A DNA stretch of 64,000 bases, from the NCBI GenBank assembly GCA_028534125.1, contig CM052817.1, positions 106,332,001 through 106,396,000 of the forward strand. Reading direction: 5' to 3'. The position numbers and the translations under genes are program-made. Shown here piece after piece: positions 1 through 13,015 of the stretch; positions within the stretch are counted from its first letter, which is position 1, and every line of letters begins with the position of its first letter. The notes beneath the pieces were generated by a model. It did not search any database. It had not been told where the DNA came from and saw only the letters and a list, made by a program, of their open reading frames with translations. The stretch is from Lama glama. Lineage: Eukaryota.

Positions 1-2234
1 TATTGGACTCTGCACTTCCTGGACTTCGATGTCTGTTTCCTTTCCCAAGTTAGGGAGATTTTTAGTTATTATGTCTTTAATCATGTTCTCAGCCCCTTTC
101 TCACTCTCTTCTCCTTCTGGGACCCCTATTACACAAATTATTAGTGCACTTGACTTTGTCCCAGACGTTTCTTAAACTGTCCTAATTTCATTCTATTCTT
201 TTTTCTTTTGTTCTGTTCAACATTGGTGATTTCCACTACTCTGTCTTCCAGCTTGCTCATCCATTCCTCTGTATCATTTAGTCTACTATTGATTCCTTCT
301 GTGTACTTTTCATTTACATTCTTGTATTCTTCATCTCTGTTTGGCTGTTCTTTATATTTTCTAACTCATTGTTAAAAAATTCTAACTTCTCATTCTGTGT
401 ACCTATTTTTCTCCCTAGTTCTTCGATCATTTCTACAATCACTATCTTAAACTCTTTCTTGAGGGAAGAGTTGCCTACCTCTACTTCACTTAATTCTTCT
501 TCTGGGGTTTCATATTGCCTTCTTTTGGGACCTGGTCCTCTGCCATCTTGTTCTTCCTAACTTACTATTTTTATTTTTATGGACCTGGTAGGTTGATTAT
601 GATTCTCAACCTTGGAGAAGTGGTCTTTTGTTAGACATGTTCTATGCATCTCAGTAGCACAATTTCTTTTTGTCACCAAAGCTATTTGCTCCATGAGGGA
701 GCTGCATGGTTCCTTCTGTCAAGGTGGGCTGACTGTATGGGCAGTCTGTTAGAATTGATTGCCCCCAGTCTTGTTGGTTGCCAGATCCTGTCTTGTGCAG
801 AGGCTGCTGGCCACTGGTTGGCAGGACTAGATCACAAGACAGCAGTAACCTGGAGCTGCTGGGCTACAGGTGGGTGGAGTCAGGTCCTGGAGACCCCAGG
901 GCTATTGCCCAACCACTGATGGGCAGAGTCAGATCCTAGAGTCTGATTGCAAGACCCATGGATTCCAGAACTGGTGCTGGATCATTGGTAGGTGGGGTCT
1001 GTTCCTGCCACAATTTGCTGTGGGGCCGGGAGTCTCTTAAAGCTTTTGTTGGCTTCCTAGTGAGTAGGACCAGCTGTCAGCCAGTCTCAGGGCAGCATCT
1101 GGCCTTCTAGTGAGTGGGTCAGGTCCACAGGCTGCAGGGCTGCAGTTTTCTCATGCCTGGTATCTGCCTGCTGCTCTTGGCCTGAGGATAGAGCAGGCTC
1201 ACTGGTGGATGAGGTCAGGTCCCAGGGCAAGATCTGGCCTGCTGATGGGTGGATCTGGGACTGAGGGCCTCTGGCTGGATGACTTTGGCTGTCTTTGATC
1301 TAGGGCCTGGGGTGCATGGGACCATGTCCAGGCCCCTCTGCTGGGCAGGGCAGGGTCCAGAGGTAGCTGTGGGCTCAGGGCATCTTAAGGCAGCATATCT
1401 GCTGGTGGGTAAGGCTGTATCCGTGCCCAGTTAGCTACTCGGCCTGAGGTGCCCCAGCTCCGCTGCTTACAGACAGACTGTTGAACCAGAATGGGGCTGG
1501 ATCCGGAGGCTCATAAGCTAGAGGAAGGATTCCAGAATGGTGTTTGCAGCACCAGTGTCCACATGGTGTAGAAGGAACCTCCCCGAATGGCTGCTGCCAG
1601 TATCCATGATCCCAGAGTGAGCTTCATTTGCTTCTTGACTCTCCAGGGGATTCTCCAAGATCAGCAGGTGGGTCTGACCTAGGCTTCCATTAAGTCATGG
1701 GCTTTTCCCTGGGTCTGGAGTTGAAGCTTGTGAAATTTTGTGTCCACCCCTTAAGAGGGAAGTCTCGATTTCCTCCAGCCCTCTGGGACTCCTAAATTAA
1801 GCTCCACTTGCCTTCAAAAACCAAACGCTCTGTATGTATATGTATAACTGAAACTTGGTGCTGTACACCAGAAATTGACACATTGTAACTGACTATACTT
1901 CAGTTAAAAAAATAATGCTCTGAGGGCTCATCTTCCCAGTGCAGGGCCCTGTGCTGCCGAGCCTGACATGGGGCCCTAACCCCTCACTCCTCACCTCTGC
2001 AACTGTAATTATCCTCCTGTTTGTGGGTTGTTCCCTTGGGGGTACAGGGCCAAACTATATCAGACTCTGCCCCTCCTACCCACCTTGCTGTGATTCTTTA
2101 TTTAGTTGTAGATCTTTTTTGGTAGGATTCAGCCTTTTTCACTGACAGTTATTTTCCAAATAGTTGTGATTTTGGTGTGCCTATAAGAGAATATGAGCTC
2201 AAGGTCTTTCTAACCCACCATCTTGGCCAATTCC
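1..2234 (-). mobile_element. LINE-1 5' portion (5'UTR + decayed ORF1), continuing beyond the window start
   Basis: The reverse complement of ~10-130 translates to GVPEGEESEKGAENMIKDIITKNLPNLGKETDIEVQEVQ, typical of L1 ORF1p. A GC-richer 5'UTR spans ~650-2230 and ends in a CCAAGATGG YY1-type 5' terminus (accatcttgg at 2217-2226). Confidence 0.9.
1833..1913 (+). mobile_element. Short 5'-truncated young L1 3' tail nested in the L1 5'UTR
   Basis: ctgtacaccagaaattgacacattgtaactgactatacttca followed by an A tail; TSD aacgctctg (1824-1832) / aatgctctg (1914-1922). Confidence 0.85.
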
Positions 2235-3156
2235 TAACTGAATTCTATATTTAAGAATTAATAATCATCTGTTTGAGCATAAAATGTAAACCAACCTTCT
2301 TTTAAAACAATGTAACCAGCAAATGCAACAAAAATGACCCCTGTTTCTCTCACTGCATGTCCCGCCATGGAAATATACCCAGAATCAAGAAACACAATAT
2401 TTTATGTAGTTGAATTTGCAGGGAGAAGGTGTAACAGTGCCTAAAGCCATAATTTGTAATAGCATACTAAAAAATATTCATCAACCACAGATGGAGTTCA
2501 AATTATCTGCATAACAAAACTGGAAATACCTGTAACTTACAGGTAGTTCAGAAGGTAATAAAGGCAGTTGGCAGATTCTTCACCAAATGGTCCTTCTGGA
2601 AACCTGTCAACTCTCTTCACAGATAACATCACCCCGTTGCTACATTTGGCATGCCAATTTAGGAAAGATCTCCTGGTGTATTTTCTTGGACTGATAGGAG
2701 TTTAAAAGTGACCACACGTTTTCCAGAGCAATATAGCTTTGCTTGCAATGCCGTTTATGATCCAATACAGATTTTTCTTTTTTCTCTGAGGGCTAAAGAA
2801 GAGTCTGTGGGGAAAAAAGAATCGTTAATTTTTACACTGGCTTGCTTTGAAGTTTTTTGTTTGAAAAATACATTAAAACTCGTTTACAGCTTTAAACTGA
2901 AAAAATAATATAAACCTTATAAATCGTTTTTAAAAGACTCATAACTATTATATTATCATTGAACAATTAATTTACAAATTATGAGAAGTAGTTTACTAAA
3001 CAATGCTCTAGCCAAGAGAGACTGGTAAAATTTATGGAGAGGTAGTTACATATTTTTGCTACTTTTTTAGAACCGTAACAGTATGTATTCATCTCAAATC
3101 CTTTAGGGAAAATTATGGGGAATTTCAAGCAGAACATTAATATATGAATGAATATA

Positions 3157-3379
3157 GAGTTAACCCTTAAACAACACAGGTTTGAACTGCATGAGTCCAC
3201 TTACATGTGGATGTTTTTCAACAGTAAGTGTTACAGTGCTGCACAGTTGGTAGTTTTTTGAATGCATGGACATGGAAACACAGACTCAGAGGAACTGCAT
3301 GTGCAGAGGACCAGCTATGAGTTATATACAGATTTTGACAACAAGAAGGGTTAGCCTCACATTATTCAAGAGTCAACTG
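3157..3379. mobile_element. Tigger2/MER8-like MITE (TcMar-Tigger DNA transposon)
   Basis: Terminal inverted repeats gagttaacccttaaacaa ... ttattcaagagtcaactg, flanked by TA at 3155-3156 and 3380-3381. Confidence 0.85.
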
Positions 3380-3492
3380 TATTAAGTGAACCAATTAATA
3401 AATACATGAACTATGGAGAGAGAGTTTAAGAGAATGAGAACAAAAGATAAGGGGAAAACGAGATGACACAGCCTTAAGACTGTCATAAAAGG

Positions 3493-3675
3493 ATGGGTCT
3501 CCAAGTGTGATCACTGGAATAGTAGCTTAGCACCCACTGGAAACTTGCGAGGAGTTCAGATTCTCAGGATCCTCCCCAAACTTCCCGAACCTGAACTCTG
3601 TGAATCTATCATCTGTGTTTTTAAAATGTCTTCAGAAGATTCTGAAGTGCGCAGTAAAGTTTTGAGAAGCGGTAT
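3493..3675. mobile_element. MER5A-like hAT-Charlie MITE
   Basis: Colinear with the recalled MER5A consensus (ctccaagtgtg...ttctcagg...atctgtgtttt...gattctga...aaagttttgagaa). Confidence 0.75.
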
Positions 3676-3879
3676 CCTAAGCTCGCCATCCATGGATCCT
3701 GCTACCCCTTACGTAAAGTAGAACACATGAGCCCTCATTAAAACCCCATCCTTGCAGAAACCTTCAATTTCCTTCTTCCCCTATCATCTCATTGTACCTT
3801 CCTGGCAACAGCCATGACGAGTAAACTCACAGAACAGCTGAATACGGCTATGATGAAATACCTGTGAACATGAAGATGG

Positions 3880-4345
3880 GTCTCACTTTATACTCAGAAC
3901 TGCTAAGATCAAGTGCACTTTCAATGCTGCTCCAAATCCAGCCCACTCACTCTGTTCTCCTGGACTATCCCATGCCTTCTCCTCATTCCACTCCAGATCT
4001 CTTCTCCCATTCTCATTCTAATTGAATAACCATGCTTTTCACTTATGGAGAAAACAGAAATTATCAGAGTAAAATTTGTGCTTAGTGATAACCCCACTTT
4101 TAACAACTTTTAACAACTTGCATCTGCCCATTGACTCTACTGTTGCTCTAGTTTCAGTGAAGAAACTATGTGTGCTCCTATTTAGAGCAGTGGCCATTCT
4201 TGTAGTTTTGATCCTGTCTGCTCTCACTTGATCAAGGACAGAATTCCAAAAATTATACCCTCTCTCTTACATCTCTTCTAACATTTTATTTTCCACTTTA
4301 GTGTAACATTTGTGTGAGCTTATAGACATCTTACAATTTCTTCCA
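3880..4345 (+). mobile_element. L2 LINE ORF fragment
   Basis: gtgctcctatttagagcagtggccattcttgtagttttgatcctgtctgctctcacttgatcaaggac resembles the L2 'TCALDPIPS' region; pyrimidine-rich strand bias. Confidence 0.6.
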
Positions 4346-4369
4346 TTAAAAAAAAAAACCCTCTCTTAA

Positions 4370-4510
4370 GGGGGAGTATGTAGCTCAAGTGGTAGAGCAT
4401 GTGCTTAGCGTGTAGGAGGTCCTGGGTTCAATCCCCAGTACCGCCTCTAAAAATAAGTAAGTAAATAAACCTAATTACCCCCAAAAAACTCAAATAAATA
4501 AATAAAATAA
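4370..4510 (+). mobile_element. tRNA-Ala-derived SINE (camelid Vic-1 type)
   Basis: tRNA-like head with A box (tagctcaagtgg) and B box (ggttcaatccc), followed by aaataaacctaattacccc and an (AAAT)n tail; a paralogue lies at 18985. Confidence 0.9.
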
Positions 4511-4511
4511 C

Positions 4512-7500
4512 CTCCACTTCAATGGGACCATTGCCATGTCCCCTGCTGAAAGCATCCTTCACAATGAAAGTAAGACGTGGATGTCTGCAGAAATCAAAGT
4601 AGAAAATGGAGAAGAAAATGTTTGCTGTTCAGTCCTTGGGATAGCGATGGGAGAACATGCTCCCATTTCATCTCTGAGTCCTGGACCTGTGACCACTACT
4701 TATGAGTTAAAGCAAACCCTATGTTAGTTGTTGATTCAAAATATATACCTATGCTAGATTGCATTATCCCAGTCCTGGAAGATATTTCCATCAACTTGCA
4801 CTATACATGAATTTCCAAAAGGCTGCTTGTTATTTTACTGGGACAGCTATTTCAGTGTGAGACTGAATATAGTAAAGATCAGTCAATCCTATGAGCATGC
4901 ATTCATTGTTCAACTTCGTCTTATATAAAATGAGCCCCCTGGCCAGAAGCCATGCAGTGTAGAATATCATAATGGTGAGTAGGTCATTCTACAATGACAG
5001 CAAGAATGGTTTGGGCAGAAGCACTGCAGGCAGGGAAGATAAACTTCTATACAAGAAGACGACCTCTTCTGTGGTGGGAGTACTCAGTGTAGGCAGCCTG
5101 TCCCAGGTAGCAAGATGGATGCCTTGGAGAACGAGGCCATATTGGAGACTCAGTGTGACCACCAAGTGTGCACACAACTGCCAACTTGCTGTTGGCAAGT
5201 GACACACTCAGGAGTAGATATTGTCTAGTGAGCTCATGCATAACTTAGTCCCTGCTGTCACAGTCACTTTGTTCATGACCCAATTTTGTGAGGACAGAAT
5301 CGTTGGGGAAAAATTGAATAATGTCTACAGAGCACAGCATTTTTTATCCAATTAGTTACTAAGATCCTCTTCTGAGACTCCTCCTTGGTTAGCATTTAGT
5401 TGGGCACATATATGTTCACCTTCTGTATGAATTTGGTGATGTCTATCCATACCATTATTCAGCAAAGAAACTTTGTTTCAAATTTCCTAATGGTATCCTT
5501 TCTGGGTTACCCACCTTTCAGCCACTTTGCCACTGCTTCTCAATTGAAGTAGATACATATTTATCAACCTCTCCTTCCAGCCAGGAAAAATGAACAGTCT
5601 AGTGTGCAGCTCAAAATTCTGCTTTTGTTCTGTAGAAGCATCCTTGTGTGGGGCTGTGATATTGCAGCCATCCACTTCACCGGGTGCTGGTGTATCTTCA
5701 AAATATGTGCAGACACACACTACTGTATGTAAAATAGATAAACAGCAAGGCCCTAGTGTACAGCACAGGGAACTATATTCAATATCTTGTAGTCACCTAG
5801 AATGAAGAAGAATGTGAAAACAGATATATGTACGTATATGCATGACTGAAACATGCTGTACAAGAGAAACTGACAGAACATTGTAAACTGACTATACTTC
5901 TATTAAAAAAAAAAGTACACCCCCTTTTATTTCTTCCTGAGTCAACTGGTCTTGGGAAACACCTGATGAAGATACAGATGTAGACTGAGAGAGTGGAAGC
6001 AATGTAGTAGCAATATGTTTCATGGGCATTTGGATCACTTGCTCTTGCAACAGAATTATACCTGTGATGTGCTATGCATATTTATGCTACTAGAACTTGC
6101 TTGAGTCTATTATCATTTGATCCTGGAGTAACACAGTGCATGCTCGACTTCATGACGCAATGGGGCTACTATGAATTGATGTATGTGCGGTCCTCCATAA
6201 ACCTCTCACTGGTGGACCACAGGAATCTGGAGTTCTAGACATTAGTGACAGTTGAGAACCAGCGTCCAGTTACCTCCTCAAAGTTTGATTATGTCCCTTT
6301 CCCCAATGATCAGTCACCCTAGAACATGGCCAGGGTACCTTTGGATAAAAGCTAAATTTTCACAATTTTATAAATTATTAATATAAATAAACACTTTGCA
6401 GTGGAGCAGGAACCTCCCTCAAGGATCAACTAGCCAAAATCAGTGATCTCTACTGGACGGATTATTCTGACTATGGCTTCTACTCTGCCACCTATTGTGA
6501 TAACCCTCTGCATCTTGTCTCTGGCAACTAAATACCACAACTTGGTCACTAACACCCTAAAATACCATCTTACCTAATGAATTATAGCAACTCAGTGGAC
6601 TGGATATGTTTATCCCAGTGTCTTTTCAGACCGAACAGGGAATAACCACCACAGAGCTTTTCAACCATGCCAGGTTCTTCTCACAAATTTTCTTATGTCT
6701 TATTTTATTTCTTACAGCTTTGGTAAAGGTAACGTCCTCTGGACACTCTCCTATGACCAGCTAGGGTATAAATGAGCAGTTTTCACGTGATGAATCTGCT
6801 ATAGCAAGCCAGTCTTCTTGTGCGTTTGGGCACCTCCTTTCACAGTATTCCAAGGAAATCATGCTATTTCCATTTTATTCAGTACAGGTCTCCTTTGAGT
6901 CCATGTTCAATCACACAAACTAAAAATCTCTTAGAGTCTCTCCCGATTGCGAGAGCTGCTACAGGGAATCAGAATATCAGAATATCTGCCAACACATGTG
7001 TCTTGATCCAACATTACTTTATTTCTCCCCCATTCACCCTTAGAAAGCATTGAGATAAACTGGAAAAATCTTATACTCTTTTGACTCTTCTCCCAGGATT
7101 AAATTTATAGCCTATCACCTGGAGACTTCAAGTATGACTCTAGTTTAGTCCTAGAAGCAATGAGAGCTGGTGGGCATAGTCCTTAGGAAAACCAGCAATT
7201 ACTTTGGTGACAGTTGGTTCTTCAGGCAAGGAGACCACACCCCTCAGGGGAGGAAAGCTATTCCTATGTTTATAAGAATTCACCTATGTGCCTGCTTTCC
7301 ACTATTTAGTGTCCCACTCCTATCTGATCAATGCCTTAACTTTAACATAACGTAACAGCCCTGTGAGATCGTAAATTTAATTTGCATTGCAATTTAACTA
7401 CTCATAAGATTAGAAGGTGGCTTTGACATTCATAATCTCTGTCTACAAAGGATACAGATTTCTTTTCAACTCATCACAAATCTTTCTGATCACTTTCCCA

Positions 7501-7859
7501 GACCTCGAGTTGTAAATTTAAAGCCCTGAGCTAATTACGTTCCTTTTTCCCGTAAATGCTGCAGCACAATTTGAAACAACCAATGAATGACATCACATTC
7601 CTTATTGTCACTAAAATATTTCCAGTGGTAACATCTTGTCACCGTAAGCCTTGCCTTCTGCAAATATTTTGTTACAAGAGTTTAATTTAAGTCTGATTAT
7701 TTAAGTGACTGTTTTGCCACAGCTTTCCATGGGCTTCCAGCCCACTCAGCCGAAACAACAGTGCCTTTAATGCCATTAGAATTGGTCATATCAGGGAAAT
7801 ATTTCAGAGAGCCCTTCCTGAAGGTTGTGTTTCTGGGAACCACTTGGAGGACTAGTGAT
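4512..7859 (-). mobile_element. Decayed ERV-L internal region: gag, protease, connection/RNase H, integrase, start of dUTPase
   Basis: Minus-strand remnants: protease WGKGHNQTL..LDAGSQLSLM..CGPPVR (~6200-6345); RNase H MWID..VNIYV (~5380-5460); integrase TLSLQYGLVLQGIHLATW (ORF 4989..5207) and HCMASGQGAHF (~4930-4960); dUTPase-start ML.AGDMAMVPLKW (~4515-4560). Many stops and frameshifts. Confidence 0.85.
5710..5914 (+). mobile_element. 5'-truncated young L1 3' tail inserted in ERV-L pol
   Basis: aaaatagataaacagcaagg...cagcacagggaactatattcaatatcttgt...ttgtaaactgactatacttc plus poly(A); homologous to other L1 tails in the window. Confidence 0.9.
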
Positions 7860-8378
7860 TGACCAAGGATGCAAAAATAATATAAGTGACACAAAACCAA
7901 GGCTCTGTTGTAGTTTTCAGCCTTTCTACGATTGTGGGAGCATGTGACAAATTGTATGGCAGGTTCTTGCCTCTCCATGTAACAGGGGGTCTGAAGTAAC
8001 TGGAAGGTAAGAAGTCAGTAAAAATGAAGTGGAGGAGAGCAAGGACATGCTCTAACCCATGAGGACAACCCACAATCTATAAGCTGCCAACCCTGATTAA
8101 AGAAACCACCGTCTAGTAATTGCTCTGGGCACACCTGGCCTGGCCCAGAATGGTCCACAAAGTGATCCGGCAGGTAAGTGACAATGCACCTGAGACACAG
8201 TAACAGCGGGTACCCTCCCTCAGTCTTCACGATACGACGGATGCTGCTTCACTCCCACCTTCCAAATTCTGCACCAGTTCCTTCAGTTGCCAACTGTAGT
8301 TCAGATCCCTACAGGAAAGTGGTTTCTGGAAAAATTAATTCCAGTTTAACTAAGCTGACAGAGCACAAGTCCCCCACA
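7860..8378 (-). mobile_element. ERV-L 5' LTR (LTR41-like)
   Basis: The minus strand begins TGTGGGGGACTTGTGCTCTGTCAGCTTAGTTAAACTGGAATTAATTTTTCCAGAA. It adjoins an ERV-L internal start (aagtggttcccagaaacacaaccttcagg) near 7850. Confidence 0.65.
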
Positions 8379-9499
8379 GCCTACACCAGACATCACTGCA
8401 TTTGCGTTCTAAACGCCCACCTCCTTTGCCTCAAGCATCTTTAAAGGCCAAGACAACATCTTGTCTATTAGTGTATCTTTATCACATAATCTTAAAGAAT
8501 AAAATACATAAGACCCTAAATAGACGTCTTATATAAAAAATGGAACTGAAGTAGCCAGCGAAAAGGGCATTTGTTTTTTGAGTGAAGAATAAATTGAGAT
8601 GAGTAAAGAGAGTGAAAACGACGGAACGCAGAATGTGTTTAAGAATCAGCGAGCACAGCAGTTCAGTCACGGGTAGGGTTAATACATAGAAAAAAGAAAC
8701 ATGATTTTGGAAATATGGTTAAAAAACATTGTGAAAGACTTTCAATGGCACCCCTTGGGATGTTGAACCCATGCAAGTCATAGTTCAATGGATAATGTAA
8801 CTTCTTTCAAAGACAGTTAGATTGAAGCATTCCTGCATTCATGAATAAATATGTCTTCTCGATCAAAAGACATTAAAAGTTGCTTTATCCAATATTAATT
8901 AAGCCCAGGAGATTTGTTTTTATGTATCTCTTAAATGACAACATAATTTTTAAGCCTTCTTTATATGCTCTGGGCTTTAAGTTTTGCTAATATACTCATT
9001 AGAGATGCCAAATTCATCATTTTTTTTTCTAGCCCTCATTGGAGAGGTTATAATTTAATTTGAAGTAGTATATTTTAATTAATTAATTTATTTATAAGAT
9101 ATTTTCTGTCTAGGGAACCCCACATATTTGTATCTGTGCTTTAAAAAATATTCAGATATTTCAGTGAACACAGTGATACACCAACAAACAATATCTTTTA
9201 GATCACAACTATTTGGGTCTACCTCCATATTACTAACAGATTATTTATTTTAAAGGTATGTATAGCCTTTTAAATTTTTCATGAGATTCCGATGTCAGTT
9301 GCCCAATATTCGTCTGTTTTGTACTTGTTAAGCCGATTCCCAATCTCAAAAGTTAGTGTAGAGTCATGCTCCAATGGGAGTCACCACCACCACCACGCCG
9401 ACCTCAGTAAGGGCCTATCTTTCTTCCTCCTAGGCAGGGAGGCTTTCTATGATTATGCAGAAATATCTAAAACCAGTTTGAAAAGATGCTTTTGCTAAA

Positions 9500-10050
9500 T
9501 CGTGGAAGCAGCGCTCTGTACTTGTCATTAGGTTACTTATTTCCAGGTCCATTTCTCACCTTTCTGTTGCAAGCCACCTGTCAAAGGCTTCCTCGCTCAC
9601 TGGCTTCCTGATAGATGTGGTCAGTGGGAGGCAGTTGTGGAAGATTTGAGGGAAGGAAGGGGAGAAGAAAGAAAACAGAAACAATAAAGAGAAACCAAAG
9701 TTATTTCTCCCCATTTCTCTCTGCCTCTGGCGATGGGTCTAGCAGTGGCTCCCTGTGATTTTGGTGCCCTCATTTTGTGGTACTGGCCCCTGTAACGTAG
9801 CACTGTTTTGGGTCAAGTTCAATCCAATATCCTGTGGTTTCTCATTTCCCTGTTTGCTGTGTCCCGCCTGCCCTGGGAATGTTGGCATCTTCTGTGGCTA
9901 ATCTTGGGTTGTACCATCTACTGTTGTAATCCTCAGCTTCTCCATCAACCTAATTTTTTTAGCTTTAACTAATTCCTTGAATTAAATCCCCTAGGCTTGA
10001 ACCGTCTGAAGTAGTCTCCACTTTCCTAAGTGGACCTTCATTCTTATGCA
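9500..10050 (+). mobile_element. LTR33-like ERV-L solo LTR
   Basis: ccaggtccatttctcaccttt...ctggcttcctgatagatgtggtcagtgggaggcag...gaagatttgagggaaggaagg matches the recalled LTR33 layout; attaaa lies near the 3' end. Confidence 0.65.
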
Positions 10051-10559
10051 ACAATAATTAAAGTTAAGTATAGATTTTTCTAGCTGAGAACTTTCCCTTT
10101 ATTCTTTACATTTAAGCTCTACATCTTCTGTCAACCATTCCTTGCTAACAGCAAACACAAGAGGAATGAAGACTCCATTAGTCCAAGTTCAGATGTACAA
10201 AACATTTTCCAATGAGTATCATGAATTTGAAAGGCATAGTTTATGTTATTAAGCAGAATAGTCATCCTAGTCTTAAACACTTGTTCTTGGATTCCTTTAC
10301 TTCATGCAGATCTTCACAATGGATAGACATTCTCTTTTATGGGCTTAATTAAGGGTTCACTAAAGTGGTTTCCATTTCAGATTCACCTCTTAAAAAGAAA
10401 TTTACTCCTAAAGTAAAATTTCATTTTGATCCAAAAAGGAAAACAACATATGATAATTTGTATCATTACAGTTTTTGTCTGGTCCCTTAAACAAAGCAAC
10501 AAAATAAAAACACCCAGTCACATACATAATTTTGGTCAAAACATAGGACAACATTTATA

Positions 10560-10612
10560 TATACACACAAATACACACACACACACACACACATATAAAT
10601 ATATAGATAGAT
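10560..10612. repeat. (CA)n/(TA)n microsatellite
   Basis: Directly visible acacacacac run with flanking TA repeats. Confidence 0.9.
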
Positions 10613-10828
10613 CGATCTGAACATTTGCTTCCTTTAGTATAATAGTTCCAAAAAATTAAGAAAGAAAGCTGATAACTATAACAGTAAACTTCCTCTATGC
10701 TATTTGCTCCTGTTATTACAGTTCTATATTTTTAATGTGTGCTTAGAGCCACACTTGGGGATTACTCAGAGGATGTTTCACCACATCATAAATCAATAAG
10801 CCAGGAAAAATAAAGGCTGTTCCATTTT

Positions 10829-11299
10829 TGTTACTGAGTCCAAGCTTGTGCTGTTCACTGAAGAACAGGCCATTAAATGGATGGTCAGATTGTTGGGGCA
10901 AGGATTAGCGACTTTATTCAGAAAGCCAGAGACCAAGAAGATGGTGGATTAGTGTCCCAAAGAACCATCTTGCCCAAGCTAGAATTCAGGCATCTTTCAT
11001 ACTAAAAGGAAAGGGAGTAAAATCAACATGTCCTGTTTCTGGTCAGCCTCTAGGATATGTTAATTTCTTCCTTCCTGCAACCATTCACAAGTGAGCCTGG
11101 TCAGGGTGTTTCTCAAATGTATTCGAGCTTAATGCTCATTACCTGGGAGGCAGGGTTCCCAGAGATGCACCATTATGCATAATTTAAGCATATAGGCAAC
11201 CTCCCTTTGGTGATTAACTCAAAGAAAAAGCAATAGAATTCAAAGGTTAAAGTAAAAGAAACATTCAATATGGAGTCAGATTTGTTCTTCCCTATTACA
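10829..11299 (-). mobile_element. ERV1-class solo LTR (family A, copy 1)
   Basis: TG...CA ends; the minus strand starts tgtaatagggaagaacaaatctgactccatattg and has AATAAA near its 3' end. Strongly similar to 36682-37375 and to the ends of 15611-16110. Confidence 0.9.
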
Positions 11300-11799
11300 A
11301 TATGATAAGGTATTCAAATAGTGCATGGCATAAATTTTCCTATTCTGGTATACTGTAAGAAGGAGAATTTCCAAATGCTTGACTTAATGGTAAAGAAACT
11401 TTAACTTTGTGTAGTAATTAATGTAACGGTTTCCCTTTTGGTACCAGCCCGCCAAGTGTACTATTGGGAATGATGTTCCTGGAGATTTTATTCAATTATT
11501 TTTATGCTCCTTTTACCTTCCTGTCTGCTCCCACAGATGCCTCTGTTTTCTCACATGCTCTTCTGGTCCTATAGATACTGGTGTCTCCATGTTTCAGTCC
11601 ACTCATTTGACTCACCTGCTCTTACACCTCAGCTGCCATGTACTTACCTCTTAAATATGTTAACACCAAACAGTGAAAAAATATAGAATCACAAATTATT
11701 TCTTCATTATTTTACAGGACAGAGAGAAAAGAAAATTTTTCTTTTAAAATTCTTGTTTCAAGGACATTGTCAAGTCTTGGTAATTCCTTCATAGATAGG

Positions 11800-12500
11800 C
11801 TAAAATATTAATGTGTATCATATGTAAGTTACCATTTATATGTGCTAATACTATAGAGCCAAGACTTTCATGAGGCTTATGTTCTATTTCAGAGAGACAA
11901 AAATGAACATGTTAGCGCTATTATTTCAGAGTACAATGATCACTATTAATAACGTTGTAAGAATTGACGAAGAGTAACCGAAGGTGTGATGAAAGAGGGC
12001 AGCTTAAGACATGCCATCTCCAGAAGCCACATTTTGCACCGAGGCAAAGAAGGAGAAAGAGCCAGGCTTTCAAAGATCTGGACAATACAGGCTCTTGACA
12101 GAGAAGGAAAGCTTGGAGTGTGACAGAAACAGAATTAAAGTCAGGATGGCAAAGACACAGTAGTGAAAGGAAAATGTTGTACAATAAAAAGTCTTGACAG
12201 TAGGCTGAAAGCAGACCCTCCAGCTCTCAGACGTGCATTAAGAGTTTGGATATTTTTCCTAAGTATCATGGGAAGTAATGGACAGACTTTATCTGTGGTA
12301 GTGATATAACCCAGTTTAAGTGGTAGATGGAAGACAAATAAAGAGGTTATTAATTGCAGTATTCTAGATAAGCTATCTAGGGATTGTACTGTAGTGGTGA
12401 CAATTAAGATAAGGAAAATAGATGGATTCAAATTTCATTTCTGGAGTAAACTTTATAGGTCTTGTTCATGGATAAGAAGAGGGTTAGTAAGCATCTGTGA
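11800..12500 (-). mobile_element. L2 LINE 3' fragment
   Basis: Purine-rich plus strand with typical reversed L2 motifs (ttcatgaggcttatgttctatttcagagagaca...ttaagagtttggatatttttcctaag...). Confidence 0.7.
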
Positions 12501-13015
12501 GAAATAAAGAAATAGTTGTTAAATTACAGATAATAGCGTTATTAGATCGTGTTCTTCTCTTACACGCATTTAATATTTTCATGTGTTCTCTCTCAATATC
12601 TATGCAAAGTAACCTCTTCCCATTAACCACTAAAGTATACATCCATAAATATATTTTTTGTTTGATTATTATGCATTTCCTGCATATTAGATTATTTTCT
12701 TTCACATTTTATAGGAAATCCTGTGATGCAAGTCCAATTTGAGACAATGAACAAAGTATCAAAAATAAAGCCAATTTCAATAAATATAAAGTAATTATCT
12801 TGGTGAGATATCTTATGGTTATGACATTTTATAGAACATCCTTAAATTCAAAATTTCACACTCCATAGCAACACATGTCTTATAGGATGAAAAATCTAGA
12901 AAATGATGATTAAGAATCTGACAAGACAAAATTAAGACCAACTTATGAATGGATCAATAAAACTTTTTAGCTCTAAAAAAATGATAGAAAATAAAATAAA
13001 TGGAGTCTATATGAC

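Noticed and set aside
4370..4445. Possible tRNA-Ala gene
   Set aside because: It has insertions and mismatches relative to tRNA-Ala, lacks an oligo-T terminator, and carries a SINE tail shared with the TSD-flanked copy at 18985.
9292..9498. ORF with a His5 run
   Set aside because: It is a short (CAC)n stretch in a 68-aa ORF with no recognisable domain or supporting exon structure.
12690..12765. Possible plus-strand micro-exon after ttttctttcacattttatAG
   Set aside because: The acceptor is good, but the donor (AAA|GTATCA) is weak and no peptide is recognisable.
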